Virus record (IMG/VR): IMGVR_UViG_3300041583_000345
Coordinates: 57,931-121,930 of that record
DNA: 64,000 nucleotides
Strand: one strand, 5' to 3'
Source of the DNA: a virus
Of the stretch, positions 47,341 to 56,329 are shown in pieces; the first letter of the stretch is position 1; each line of letters starts with the position of its first letter. A model generated the notes under the pieces. That model had not been told where the DNA came from, did not search any database, and saw nothing but the letters and a program-made list of their open reading frames with translations. The position numbers and the translations under genes were made by a program.

Positions 47341-49968
47341 TTATAAATTAACTTTTAGCCCTAATGCTTTTATACGGCTACTCCATAGTCTTTTAATCTT
47401 CATTCCTTCTTCCGGTGTAACTTCTACTTTATTTAGATAATCATCCACGACGTCTTTAAATGGAGTCTTACTCTTCTTAGCCTTAAAGTACATCCCCTGT
47501 ATCATTGCATCTATTTCTTTTGGAAGAGTATAGTATTTATTTTTATCTAACAAACCTACATTAATAAGGTCTCGTAAAGTTTGATCGTTTCCAAGGTACT
47601 TTCCCTGTTTTAAATTAGTGCCATCCTGTGTGAGGTGCTCTATTTCATGACGTATCACATCTTTAATATCCATTGATAATTCCTGATAATCTATTTTTTT
47701 AGGAACTTCAAATACTATATTTATTAGGGGTTGTATTTCATCTCCATCATCATCAATACCGGGGTTTGCTCCTCCATCTACTGAATAGTTATCTTCTGTG
47801 TTTCTCATGTGGATGTTTAAGTCAAACTCTAAAGGATGGTTATAATCAGCATCTTCCTCAGGACCTACTCTAAATGTATCCTCTACATCCTCACCTTTTA
47901 GGTGTGCAGTTTTAAATACTTTAAATACCGCGCTAGAGATATCATTAGATATCTTATCATACTTTCCTTCACTCACTACTGTTTTTTTTTTCTGACCGTC
48001 TTCCCAGTTGCGGAAGGTTATATTACCCTGTAAATACGCTTCTTTCTCTATCTCTAATAGATTATTATCTTCATTTGTATCACTAGTACCTATTAGGCCT
48101 AAACGTCCTTCTAGGTTCTGTATATGATGTATCATTTCGTGTACAAATGATCTCATAATATCTTTAGGGTGCCTTCCCTCTACATACAAAACTACTTCTT
48201 TTAAAGATGGGTCATAATATGCTGTCTTTCCAAAGAAATTTTCTGATTCGGTTAGGTCTTTTCTAATTCTAATCTCCGGAAGAGGTATAATTTTCATTTT
48301 TTGATCTATCATATACTCTAAAATAGAAGACATATAAGGTGTATAGTCAAATCCTTTTCTTTCTCCTTCCCCTTTTAGAGTTATACGTATATGATCTTGG
48401 TGAAACTCTATATTATAAAAGCTATCTCCAAGTACATCTCTCAATTGATTAAAGGTTCTCAGTAATTTAGCCCTATCATCTGATCTAATTATGGATTTAG
48501 GAGCGATAGGTGTTCCTAAGGATCCTTCTTTAATTTCTTCTTTAGTTGAAAATAAATCTTCAAGTGTACTAGTAAGGGCCATTTCCATTAACGTAGGGGC
48601 TAGTATATTTAATATCTTCTCTCTATCGCTCTTAGATACTTCTTTAGGTATCCAATTACCGGTTTTTAAGTATGTTTCTGAGTGTCTAATTGCAGTGGCA
48701 GAGAATTTATTATCTTCGTCTTTAACTTCAGGTAGGGTGAGTATCTCTAGATTTGGGTGTCTTTCAGGTTGTTTTAAGAAACCTGTAAATTTACTCATTT
48801 CGTCAGGAAGTGCTCCTGTAATAATCTTACCTACTGTGTTCTCATTATATTCTACGTACTTGTATATATCCGTTACTGGTGAGATAGGGCTAATTTTTAA
48901 TTCTATATCTGTAGGTATATACTTTGAATATACTTTCCAAATTTGTAAGGACTGGTCAGGGGTTATTTCTAATCCTTCCCTTACTTTTTTACCAATAAAA
49001 ATTACTAGTTTATCAGCTTTTCCTGCAAGTATTTTAGCATTATTAAAATGTGCTAAATGAGGAGGTTTAAATCCTCCTCCATACAGGGCTACTGTTTTAT
49101 TTTTATTTTCTTGTTCAAGTAAACTATCTACTTTGCTAAGTGCTTTTTCTTTATTATCACCTTTCGGGGTATTCGCTTCTCCTGATTTAACTGATATCAT
49201 ACTTTTAAAAATACCTTTTACCCTATTTTTTGATCTAGGATTTTTTAATTTATGAACAACGTCTACTAATAACTCTTCAAATGAACCTTCTATATTATAG
49301 TTGGATAGTAAATCTTTTATACTATTCCAATTAGTTGAAGTCCAAATTTCCTCTCTAGATACTTCTTTAAACCCTTCTAGTTTGACTTTTCGTAGTGTTA
49401 ATTTATTTGAACTTAAGTTAAATTCAAATTCTTCGTTTTCTTCTAAGGTAGGTATGTTTTTAATTCCCATTCTCTTGAATACATCTTGAGGATTTTCTTC
49501 AAGTAGAACCACTTTAGTCAACCCTAAAATTAATCCTTGCTTTTCAGCAGGTATATCTAAGAACCCACCTTTAAATTTATGTTCTTCATCGGTAAGGGAT
49601 ATTATATTATCTACCTGTATGTACTGGTTTTCTTTACCCTCTATCGGGTACAGTACCGAAATAATTTCTCCAGAATTATAATACTTTCTTCCCAAGTATT
49701 TTTCACTTTTAAATGGAATAATAATAGTGCTAGGAAGAGAATTAATTACACTTATAATTCTTTGTTTAACTTCTTTTTTATCTTCCCCTTCAAATAGGGT
49801 TATTAAATCTAAATCCCCATAATCAGATTTAGACCCTACTTTAACACTGCCGGAAAGATCCGCTTTCTTAAAACCAGGTACTTTTTTTAGAACTTCTTTT
49901 ATATATTTCTGAAATGTCTTTTGTACATCTGCTTTTTCAATTCTATTTCCTCCTGCTACTCCTGACAT
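47341..49968 (-). CDS. Multidomain protein: Pol-beta-type nucleotidyltransferase, HxGH nucleotidyltransferase and two HExxH domains
   Basis: GSVKVGSKSDYGDLDL..QVD; YGGGFKPPHLAHF..FSATAIR; VHEMIHHIQ; RHEIEHLTQ. Confidence 0.75.
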   Translation of the reverse strand: MSGVAGGNRIEKADVQKTFQKYIKEVLKKVPGFKKADLSGSVKVGSKSDYGDLDLITLFEGEDKKEVKQRIISVINSLPSTIIIPFKSEKYLGRKYYNSGEIISVLYPIEGKENQYIQVDNIISLTDEEHKFKGGFLDIPAEKQGLILGLTKVVLLEENPQDVFKRMGIKNIPTLEENEEFEFNLSSNKLTLRKVKLEGFKEVSREEIWTSTNWNSIKDLLSNYNIEGSFEELLVDVVHKLKNPRSKNRVKGIFKSMISVKSGEANTPKGDNKEKALSKVDSLLEQENKNKTVALYGGGFKPPHLAHFNNAKILAGKADKLVIFIGKKVREGLEITPDQSLQIWKVYSKYIPTDIELKISPISPVTDIYKYVEYNENTVGKIITGALPDEMSKFTGFLKQPERHPNLEILTLPEVKDEDNKFSATAIRHSETYLKTGNWIPKEVSKSDREKILNILAPTLMEMALTSTLEDLFSTKEEIKEGSLGTPIAPKSIIRSDDRAKLLRTFNQLRDVLGDSFYNIEFHQDHIRITLKGEGERKGFDYTPYMSSILEYMIDQKMKIIPLPEIRIRKDLTESENFFGKTAYYDPSLKEVVLYVEGRHPKDIMRSFVHEMIHHIQNLEGRLGLIGTSDTNEDNNLLEIEKEAYLQGNITFRNWEDGQKKKTVVSEGKYDKISNDISSAVFKVFKTAHLKGEDVEDTFRVGPEEDADYNHPLEFDLNIHMRNTEDNYSVDGGANPGIDDDGDEIQPLINIVFEVPKKIDYQELSMDIKDVIRHEIEHLTQDGTNLKQGKYLGNDQTLRDLINVGLLDKNKYYTLPKEIDAMIQGMYFKAKKSKTPFKDVVDDYLNKVEVTPEEGMKIKRLWSSRIKALGLKVNL

Positions 49969-49972
49969 ATTA

Positions 49973-50881
49973 TTATACTTTATATATTGTTAATTTTGAA
50001 TCATCTGGTAGAAATTTTCCTTTCAGTCCTAATCTTTCCTGATTATCAATCCAGTAAGGTTGTAAATCTTCAGGTATATCAGCTCTAGTAGAGTCTAGAA
50101 TCTTAATAAATCGATCTAAAATACTATTTAACACATCTTCTTTAAAGTTATTTCTCATAAACTCTATTAATTTAAAATAATCTTCTAATATTTCCGAAGT
50201 AAATTTTATATTATAAGATTTGGTTAATAAGTCTATTGCTTTAGAAGGTGACTTTGCTACTATTTTTTGAGTTTCTTTATCCTTAACTCCGTAGTTATGG
50301 GAAAATGTATATCCTAAATTTGAAAATAAAGCAAGCATTAGTTGTGTTCTATGTAGTCCTTTAACATTTCCTGAGTAGTTAGCGGAGTAGTAAGCAAAGG
50401 ATAACCAATCGAGATTACCGAAGTTAATGTCAATTTGTACCCCTATATTAGATTGTTCACCTTGGGGATTATATTGGGGGAATACAAAAAATAGAGTACC
50501 TGTTGATGAGCTTTTCTTATCAACTCCTATATCGGTGTTAAATTCTTCTATCTTATCCGCAATAGTATCCAGTACCGCTCTTTTAATTAACTGCCTGTTT
50601 GTTGCAGATCTAGCTCTTTGTTTATGGTTCCTATATAGTTCAACAATTTTAGATCTATCTAAATCCCAATCTTCTACTTGTATTAGAGATCTTTCTCCCA
50701 TTGCTAAGTCTATATCCCCGGAGTATTCTTTTTTTCCAACTGAACCTAGGGGTTTAATGTCTTTAAAGTATTTAGATGCTTTAGGGAAGATAGTACCTAA
50801 CTGCTGGTAGAATTTACCTAATGTAGGTTCTATGTCCTCTCTTTTTATCTTATCTGTAGCATTAAATACATTACCTCCCAT
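49973..50881 (-). CDS. Pol-beta-superfamily nucleotidyltransferase
   Basis: LGSVGKKEYSGDIDL and third acidic residue in VQIDI; TATTTATT at 50945-50952. Confidence 0.75.
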   Translation of the reverse strand: MGGNVFNATDKIKREDIEPTLGKFYQQLGTIFPKASKYFKDIKPLGSVGKKEYSGDIDLAMGERSLIQVEDWDLDRSKIVELYRNHKQRARSATNRQLIKRAVLDTIADKIEEFNTDIGVDKKSSSTGTLFFVFPQYNPQGEQSNIGVQIDINFGNLDWLSFAYYSANYSGNVKGLHRTQLMLALFSNLGYTFSHNYGVKDKETQKIVAKSPSKAIDLLTKSYNIKFTSEILEDYFKLIEFMRNNFKEDVLNSILDRFIKILDSTRADIPEDLQPYWIDNQERLGLKGKFLPDDSKLTIYKV

Positions 50882-50970
50882 ATTTCAATATCTTTATTAG
50901 TTTCTAAATATAGTAAATTTAATTCAAATAAACTACACTATTCTAATAAATAGTTTCTATATACGTTTAC

Positions 50971-51756
50971 TTACTCAAGCTTAAGTGCGGTGGGAAATGA
51001 CTTATATGCAGGCTTAACATCAGGGTTATCTAGTAAAAAGAGCTTGTAGATTAACATAAATAACTCATGATTTTTATCAATTTCATCTACAACTTTAATT
51101 TGCCAACCCTTACCTTGGTATGTATCTTTCTTTTTAGATTCTCCTCTAGTTAAAGCCTTCAACCATAAGATCCCAGTTCTTTGTATCTTTAATCCTGTTT
51201 TTTCTTCTATAGCTTTAGCGTATGCAGCTAACTGTAGGTCATAAGTTTTATGTAAATGGTTAGATGTTTTAATATCTAGTAACCATATTTCTCCATCCAT
51301 TTTTACAACTAAATCTGCTGTGCCTGCATATTTGTGTTTATCTGACCAAACAAATTCTTCAGTTGAAATTAATTCAGGTTTATGTGTAGTCCAAAACTCA
51401 TGAAATCTCATAATCATTTGCCAAACAAGTTGAGAGTATTTTGCATTTCCAAAATCATCTATCCAGTTTAATTCTTCTCCTTTTAATAATGCTTCAGCTG
51501 CTTCGTGTACCTGTGTACCTTCTCTACCAGCTTTCCTCATTATAATATCGGAGTTGTGTCCTACATCTTTTAACCAGCTTTCAAAAAACCTATTCTTTGG
51601 CATGTATTGAAGTATGGTTGTTACTGATGGGTAAAATACATCTTCGTCTCTCTGGTAAACTCTTCTATCTAGAAAGTTAACCTGTTTAAGTTTTTTGTTC
51701 CAATCTAATCCCGGTTTTGTACTTTCTTTATTAAAATTTGTTCCTTTTTCAATCAT
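50971..51756 (-). CDS. PD-(D/E)xK exonuclease (Cas4/lambda-exonuclease-like)
   Basis: YPSVTTIL, YAGTADL, LDIKTS, QLAAYA. Confidence 0.85.
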   Translation of the reverse strand: MIEKGTNFNKESTKPGLDWNKKLKQVNFLDRRVYQRDEDVFYPSVTTILQYMPKNRFFESWLKDVGHNSDIIMRKAGREGTQVHEAAEALLKGEELNWIDDFGNAKYSQLVWQMIMRFHEFWTTHKPELISTEEFVWSDKHKYAGTADLVVKMDGEIWLLDIKTSNHLHKTYDLQLAAYAKAIEEKTGLKIQRTGILWLKALTRGESKKKDTYQGKGWQIKVVDEIDKNHELFMLIYKLFLLDNPDVKPAYKSFPTALKLE

Positions 51757-52676
51757 AGGTCTAATTTATGCAGTATTAAACTTGAAAAATCTAATTCTTC
51801 TGCTATTTGTACTAATTTAGTAAAAGCTTCAAAGCCCATTTCAGATGGGTCTTTAGATTGAAGGTTTATTATAAATATTCTTTTACCTTGGTTTAATAAT
51901 TGTTCTGCTATTTTTAAAGCAGTTATTTTTGCATCTAAATCTAATGCTATATATACGTCCACTAATGGACTAGATATAATTTTTTTATAAAGGGCTTCTG
52001 ATATTGCTTTTCCAAGTATTGGAATTGCATTTCTACGAATTGCTATAGCATCAAAAGCTCCTTCACATAGTATAATAGGCTGAGTCCAGTTAATTAGGTT
52101 TTCAAAAAATATTATGTCTTTGGAAGCTTCTGGGTTTTTATACTTAAAGTAATTGCCATCATGACTTCTTCCAACATAGTAATTGAGTTGACCGGATGTA
52201 GAATAACTTGGAATAATAATTCTTCCTCCAAAGTCCCCATCTGTACAGTATCCAATATCATATTTAATAAAATCATTGTCGGTAAGTCCTCGTTCATATA
52301 GATACTTTCTTACTTTATTTGCTATGACTGATGTTGTAGAGGCTCCATATAGTGGTTGAAACTCTTCAGGTAATGTTACTGCTTCTAATCCTTTATACTC
52401 AACATAGGTTCCTTTTGGCAAATACTTTAGTATATCGGCTGCTTGGTCTCTAGGTGTTTTTAACTGTTTTAATAGTGATCGAATAGTTGTACCTCGAGAT
52501 TGGCATACCCAACATTCCCAAAAGTTTTTACCCTCTTCGTTGGTGTGCATATTAATCTCAAGCTTAGGTTTGCGGTGATTACAGAAAGGGCAATGAAAGG
52601 CATAGTTCTCTCTTGCTCTTTTATGGCTTTTGCCAAGTAAGTTTTCAACCGATCCTAATAGGAAAGCATAATCCAT
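51753..52676 (-). CDS. DNA primase (zinc finger plus TOPRIM)
   Basis: CPFC..WECWVC, RIIIP, LCEGAFDAI, ALDLDA, KDP. Confidence 0.88.
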   Translation of the reverse strand: MDYAFLLGSVENLLGKSHKRARENYAFHCPFCNHRKPKLEINMHTNEEGKNFWECWVCQSRGTTIRSLLKQLKTPRDQAADILKYLPKGTYVEYKGLEAVTLPEEFQPLYGASTTSVIANKVRKYLYERGLTDNDFIKYDIGYCTDGDFGGRIIIPSYSTSGQLNYYVGRSHDGNYFKYKNPEASKDIIFFENLINWTQPIILCEGAFDAIAIRRNAIPILGKAISEALYKKIISSPLVDVYIALDLDAKITALKIAEQLLNQGKRIFIINLQSKDPSEMGFEAFTKLVQIAEELDFSSLILHKLDL

Positions 52677-52700
52677 AAAAATATCCGTAACTATAATACT

Positions 52701-52732
52701 ATAATATACGGACTTTAATTCGATTTAGCAAC
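52701..52732 (-). promoter_or_regulatory. Bacteroidota sigmaA-type promoter upstream of primase
   Basis: Minus strand GTTG-N20-TATATTAT. Confidence 0.55.
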
Positions 52733-52733
52733 T

Positions 52734-53162
52734 TTATACGTCAATCATTTTAAGTTGCCTTGTTTTTAGGTCTATCATTACATTCCCCTTACCGAAGTCC
52801 AATTCTTGTGGATCTATATTGTTTTCCTGTGCTTCTTGTTTAACTGCTTCTTCAAAATCATGAGGTATTTCTCCATTGAATACCTGTAAAAGCTCCATTG
52901 TTATAATACCTAATTTTGGGTTCATTACTTCTACATCGTGAATAAAAGCAAAGTTTCTAGTTGGTATTCCTTTTAGAAGTTCTGCATGTTCTATTTCAAC
53001 CTCATCAGTAGTTACTTTAACAACCACATTGTTAACTTGATATGCTGAGCCATAATCTCCTGAACCTAAGAATTTACCTCCGTCTGATTTTATTTTATCT
53101 ACAAGTCTAGTGTATTCTGGTGTAGGTTCTATAATTTCAAGTATAATAGAGGATAATTTCAT
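52734..53162 (-). CDS. Minimal protein-kinase-like enzyme (142 aa)
   Basis: LGSGDYGSAY, VVKV, DEVE, LDFGKGNVM (DxxxxN), terminal MIDV; MKLSSIILE leader. Confidence 0.75.
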   Translation of the reverse strand: MKLSSIILEIIEPTPEYTRLVDKIKSDGGKFLGSGDYGSAYQVNNVVVKVTTDEVEIEHAELLKGIPTRNFAFIHDVEVMNPKLGIITMELLQVFNGEIPHDFEEAVKQEAQENNIDPQELDFGKGNVMIDLKTRQLKMIDV

Positions 53163-53166
53163 GTTT

Positions 53167-53607
53167 TTATGATACGTCTATTTCAGAATGTTCAGCATCA
53201 TAACCTGCATTTCTCAAAGCAGATATCACTTCATTTTCATCAAATCTACTTCCATGGGAAAGTACTATTCCTGTTATACTCTTTATCATTTCAATAGCCT
53301 TAACTTCGTCTTCCTCTCTTTGTTTTACACCGTCGATAGATATACTGTATAGTTTACCGGTTTGCTCTACTGAGGTTATATTTATTTTAGGGCTACTGTT
53401 TTCTTCTGCTATTTCATCTAAACCTAAGTGTTTATGAAGTTCTTCCATAAAGAGCCCAACAAGGTGGGAGCCGTATTCATTTCTTACTACTTCTGCTACT
53501 CCTTGTGCAAAATCTTTATATCCTAGATTTGGATCTATTTTATCAATAGCGCTATTAATTGCTACTGCAATTTTACTTTCTTGTAATATTATATCCGTTA
53601 GTTTCAT
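53167..53607 (-). CDS. Putative internal protein
   Basis: MKLTDIILQE leader. Confidence 0.65.
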   Translation of the reverse strand: MKLTDIILQESKIAVAINSAIDKIDPNLGYKDFAQGVAEVVRNEYGSHLVGLFMEELHKHLGLDEIAEENSSPKINITSVEQTGKLYSISIDGVKQREEDEVKAIEMIKSITGIVLSHGSRFDENEVISALRNAGYDAEHSEIDVS

Positions 53608-53741
53608 TACCCCTGCCCTTTATATAGTTTTTGATAGTTTTTTGAACTTTTTAACTTTGATGTTTTACTTTTTGAATGAACTCCTGGTCGGCTTATTTTG
53701 CTTTTTGTTTTTGCTCTCCCGGCTGATGTTTCTTTTGCCAT
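53607..53741 (-). CDS. 44-aa Lys/Ser-rich basic peptide missing from the ORF track
   Basis: MAKETSAGRAKTKSKISRPGVHSKSKTSKLKSSKNYQKLYKGQG; its TAA overlaps the next ATG (TAATG). Confidence 0.7.
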   Translation of the reverse strand: MAKETSAGRAKTKSKISRPGVHSKSKTSKLKSSKNYQKLYKGQG

Positions 53742-53754
53742 ACTACCTTTAATA

Positions 53755-54513
53755 TTATATTCCTAATGATTTAGCATATTTCATTAAATTACAAGTCCAG
53801 TAGCCTGATTTTGTTTTGTCCGTCTTTGTAGAACACTTGTGCCTTATTCTATAAGCAGACATGGCTCCTTTAACTTTATTCTTTTGTGGGATACCCCCAT
53901 CGGTAAAAGCTACTTTTATTACTTTATTCCCATCCTTAACATAAACGTAGTATTTTTTAGTACCTCCACGTTTAGGTTTATCAAGTTTTACTTTTTTACC
54001 TTGATATTCTGCCTCGTTCATATATCCAACTGAAGCTTTTAACATATCAAATCCGCTGTAGTCAAAAGATTCATTATTTACGTCTACTGCTTTTCTAAAC
54101 TTATCCATATCTATTTGACCCCCTATTGATTCAACCATTTCTTTTATCTGGTCAAAATCAATCATATCAGCAATACATGACGCTTCATCAATTGTATCTT
54201 CATTTTCAATCATAGAGTCAATAAGTGCTCCAATTTCAAATAATGGATTATATTTTTTTGATACCATAGGCAGGTCTAATGGAACTTTCATACCATTATA
54301 TTGTGCATATTCTCCTATGTCTGTTGTTTCTATCAGATCTTGGTCCTCTTCTGTTAACTCTATTTCTTCGTTGCTAAGAGATTCTCTTGCTTCAGCAAAT
54401 AGGTTTACAAAGGCTGTTTCGTTACCCCGGTAGACATGTTCGTTTAATGGTAGTCCATTATCTAAATGGTACTTTAATGATGGGTAGCCAAGTACTTCTG
54501 TTAGTTTAATCAT
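53755..54513 (-). CDS. Modular putative internal protein with a basic C-terminal domain
   Basis: MIKLTE start; after YMNE comes AEYQGKKVKLDKPKRGG..KKYYVYVKD...YWTC. Confidence 0.65.
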   Translation of the reverse strand: MIKLTEVLGYPSLKYHLDNGLPLNEHVYRGNETAFVNLFAEARESLSNEEIELTEEDQDLIETTDIGEYAQYNGMKVPLDLPMVSKKYNPLFEIGALIDSMIENEDTIDEASCIADMIDFDQIKEMVESIGGQIDMDKFRKAVDVNNESFDYSGFDMLKASVGYMNEAEYQGKKVKLDKPKRGGTKKYYVYVKDGNKVIKVAFTDGGIPQKNKVKGAMSAYRIRHKCSTKTDKTKSGYWTCNLMKYAKSLGI

Positions 54514-54973
54514 TTTTAAAATCTTTTCTGTAGAATTTCCCGAGGATATTATCGTTTATGTAATCGTTAGTATCTTCAAGTACTCCTTTTATAAATAGGT
54601 ATTTAGTTTCAAAGTACGTTAATTGTTTTTTATTAGGCACGTACTGTAGTATGCTTCTTTGAAAGTCTTCTATTTTTCCTTTCCGTACTAACTCTTTAAT
54701 TTCTACTTGAGAGCCGTAATAGGTTTTCCAATCACTTTCAGTTACTACCTTCTTTTTGGCAGGAGTTCTACCTCCTATACCTGCTGCTTTTCTTTCAGCT
54801 TTTAAGTTTTCAAGCTCTCTTATTCCAAGTCTTTTATTCCTTTCAAAATATAGAACTTTTTTTCCTATATACTTCTTACCTGTCGGTATATGTTTTACTT
54901 CATATATAAAGCCATATGTTCCTGCAGGCATATTTTCTATATCCGGAACCGGTGTTGTGTTATATTTCCACAT
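54506..54973 (-). CDS. GIY-YIG endonuclease (T4 EndoII-like)
   Basis: YGFIYEVKH..TGKKYIGKK, WKTYYGS, YFE. Confidence 0.75.
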   Translation of the reverse strand: MWKYNTTPVPDIENMPAGTYGFIYEVKHIPTGKKYIGKKVLYFERNKRLGIRELENLKAERKAAGIGGRTPAKKKVVTESDWKTYYGSQVEIKELVRKGKIEDFQRSILQYVPNKKQLTYFETKYLFIKGVLEDTNDYINDNILGKFYRKDFKND

Positions 54974-54997
54974 ACTTTTGTCTTTTAAAAACGTGAT

Positions 54998-55087
54998 TTA
55001 AGTTCCGTCTGCTTTTAATAAAACAGCGTTGTTTACAACAATTACTTGTTCTACTATATTTTCGTTATTTACTTTTGTCAATGCCAT
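54998..55087 (-). CDS. 29-aa MALTK-type mini-ORF, possibly a remnant
   Basis: MALTKVNNENIVEQVIVVNNAVLLKADGT; starts just after the Gly-rich gene stop. Confidence 0.45.
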   Translation of the reverse strand: MALTKVNNENIVEQVIVVNNAVLLKADGT

Positions 55088-55089
55088 AA

Positions 55090-56127
55090 TTAAGCTGTAT
55101 ATGTTCCTGAACTTGTGTATATTAAAATTGTATGATAGCCGTCTGTGGATACCACCGGGTTGCCAGTTGTTGTTCCGCTATAGTTTGAGGATAGTATTCT
55201 TAGTATTACTACTCCAGAGCCTCCAGCTCCTGAATTACCAGTTATTGATTGATTAGGGTGTCCTCCCCCTCCAGATCCTGTATTGGTAGTTCCGTTGCCT
55301 GCATTTCCATTTCCAGAAACACTAGCCCTACCTACGCCGCCGCCTCCATTGCCTCCATTGCCAGCGGTTGACCCAGAGCCATTAGCGGCACCACCGCCGC
55401 CCCCAGAGTAAAAATTACTAGTACCACCTTTTATGTTAACTTCTAATCCCGCACCGCCATTAGCACCTATTAAAGCAGTTGTAGCGTTTTGACCAGAGGC
55501 TCCCGCACCGCCGCCGCCGCCACCGCCTTCTTGATTGGTTGTTGCTCCTGATGAAGAGTTGTTCCCTCCGCTATTTCCTTGACCCGCTGTGCCATTCCCT
55601 CCAACTCCAAAATCCCCAGCAGAAGAACCGCCGCCGCCGCCAGAACCTCCGTCAGAGCCTACATTATTAGGGCTACCAAGTCCCCCAGCCCCTCCGCCTC
55701 CACCAATAACTGTAGTATTGTAAAACGAAGAATTTGTGCCGTTATTTCCTTGACCTTGTGAGGGTAGCCCAGCACCTCCACCGCCAATAGTTATTGTATA
55801 TAATACTGATTCTGTTAGCAATAAAGGTGTGCCTAAAAAATTACTTAACAAGCCCCCAGCCCCTCCGCCTCCTGCACCTCTGTTATAACCGCCCCCTCCA
55901 CCTCCAGCAACTACTAAGTAGTCAATTAAAATAGGTAAAGCAGCCAGCTTAACCTGCTTCCATTCTGTCCCGCTATAATACTCAGTAACATTGTCATCGG
56001 TATTACTCCTTACCATACCAGTTACAGCAGAAGATGGCCTCTGAGCCGTTGTTCCCTTAGGTAGATTAAGACTTAACGTGCTATCGCCTAGTTGTAGTAA
56101 ATCGTTTGTTACTTTAGTTAAAGCCAT
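55090..56127 (-). CDS. Glycine-rich tail-fibre-associated protein
   Basis: MALTKV start, PKGTTAQRP motif, YLVVAGGGGGG...GGSGVVIL. Confidence 0.75.
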   Translation of the reverse strand: MALTKVTNDLLQLGDSTLSLNLPKGTTAQRPSSAVTGMVRSNTDDNVTEYYSGTEWKQVKLAALPILIDYLVVAGGGGGGYNRGAGGGGAGGLLSNFLGTPLLLTESVLYTITIGGGGAGLPSQGQGNNGTNSSFYNTTVIGGGGGAGGLGSPNNVGSDGGSGGGGGSSAGDFGVGGNGTAGQGNSGGNNSSSGATTNQEGGGGGGGAGASGQNATTALIGANGGAGLEVNIKGGTSNFYSGGGGGAANGSGSTAGNGGNGGGGVGRASVSGNGNAGNGTTNTGSGGGGHPNQSITGNSGAGGSGVVILRILSSNYSGTTTGNPVVSTDGYHTILIYTSSGTYTA

Positions 56128-56130
56128 TTT

Positions 56131-56192
56131 GTGTGGTTAAGTTAAAAAAACGCCAGTAAATAAGTTTTCTGGCAAATATATGATTTTAAGGT
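56131..56192. repeat. 62-bp direct repeat containing an intrinsic terminator, copy 1
   Basis: 2 mismatches versus 59576-59637; minus strand GCCAG..CTGGC hairpin then GTTTTTTT. Confidence 0.9.
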
Positions 56193-56319
56193 AGTCATTC
56201 ATTACGCAGTAAATAGCAACCGCTGTTAGTACTATTTTTAACAATAGGTCTATTTGCATAAAATTAAAGCCTAATGTTATAACATTTATAAAAGCTATTT
56301 TAATGTCAGAAGTAGTCAT
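56137..56319 (-). CDS. Chimeric small hydrophobic ORF, possibly a holin-like remnant
   Basis: MTTSDIKI plus a hydrophobic stretch joined to the YLPENLFTGVFLT tail that runs through the terminator. Confidence 0.4.
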   Translation of the reverse strand: MTTSDIKIAFINVITLGFNFMQIDLLLKIVLTAVAIYCVMNDYLKIIYLPENLFTGVFLT

Positions 56320-56329
56320 ATTTTATTAG

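Noticed and set aside
50971-51756. Cas4-like nuclease as part of a CRISPR system
   Set aside because: No array or other cas genes; it sits beside primase like an ordinary phage exonuclease
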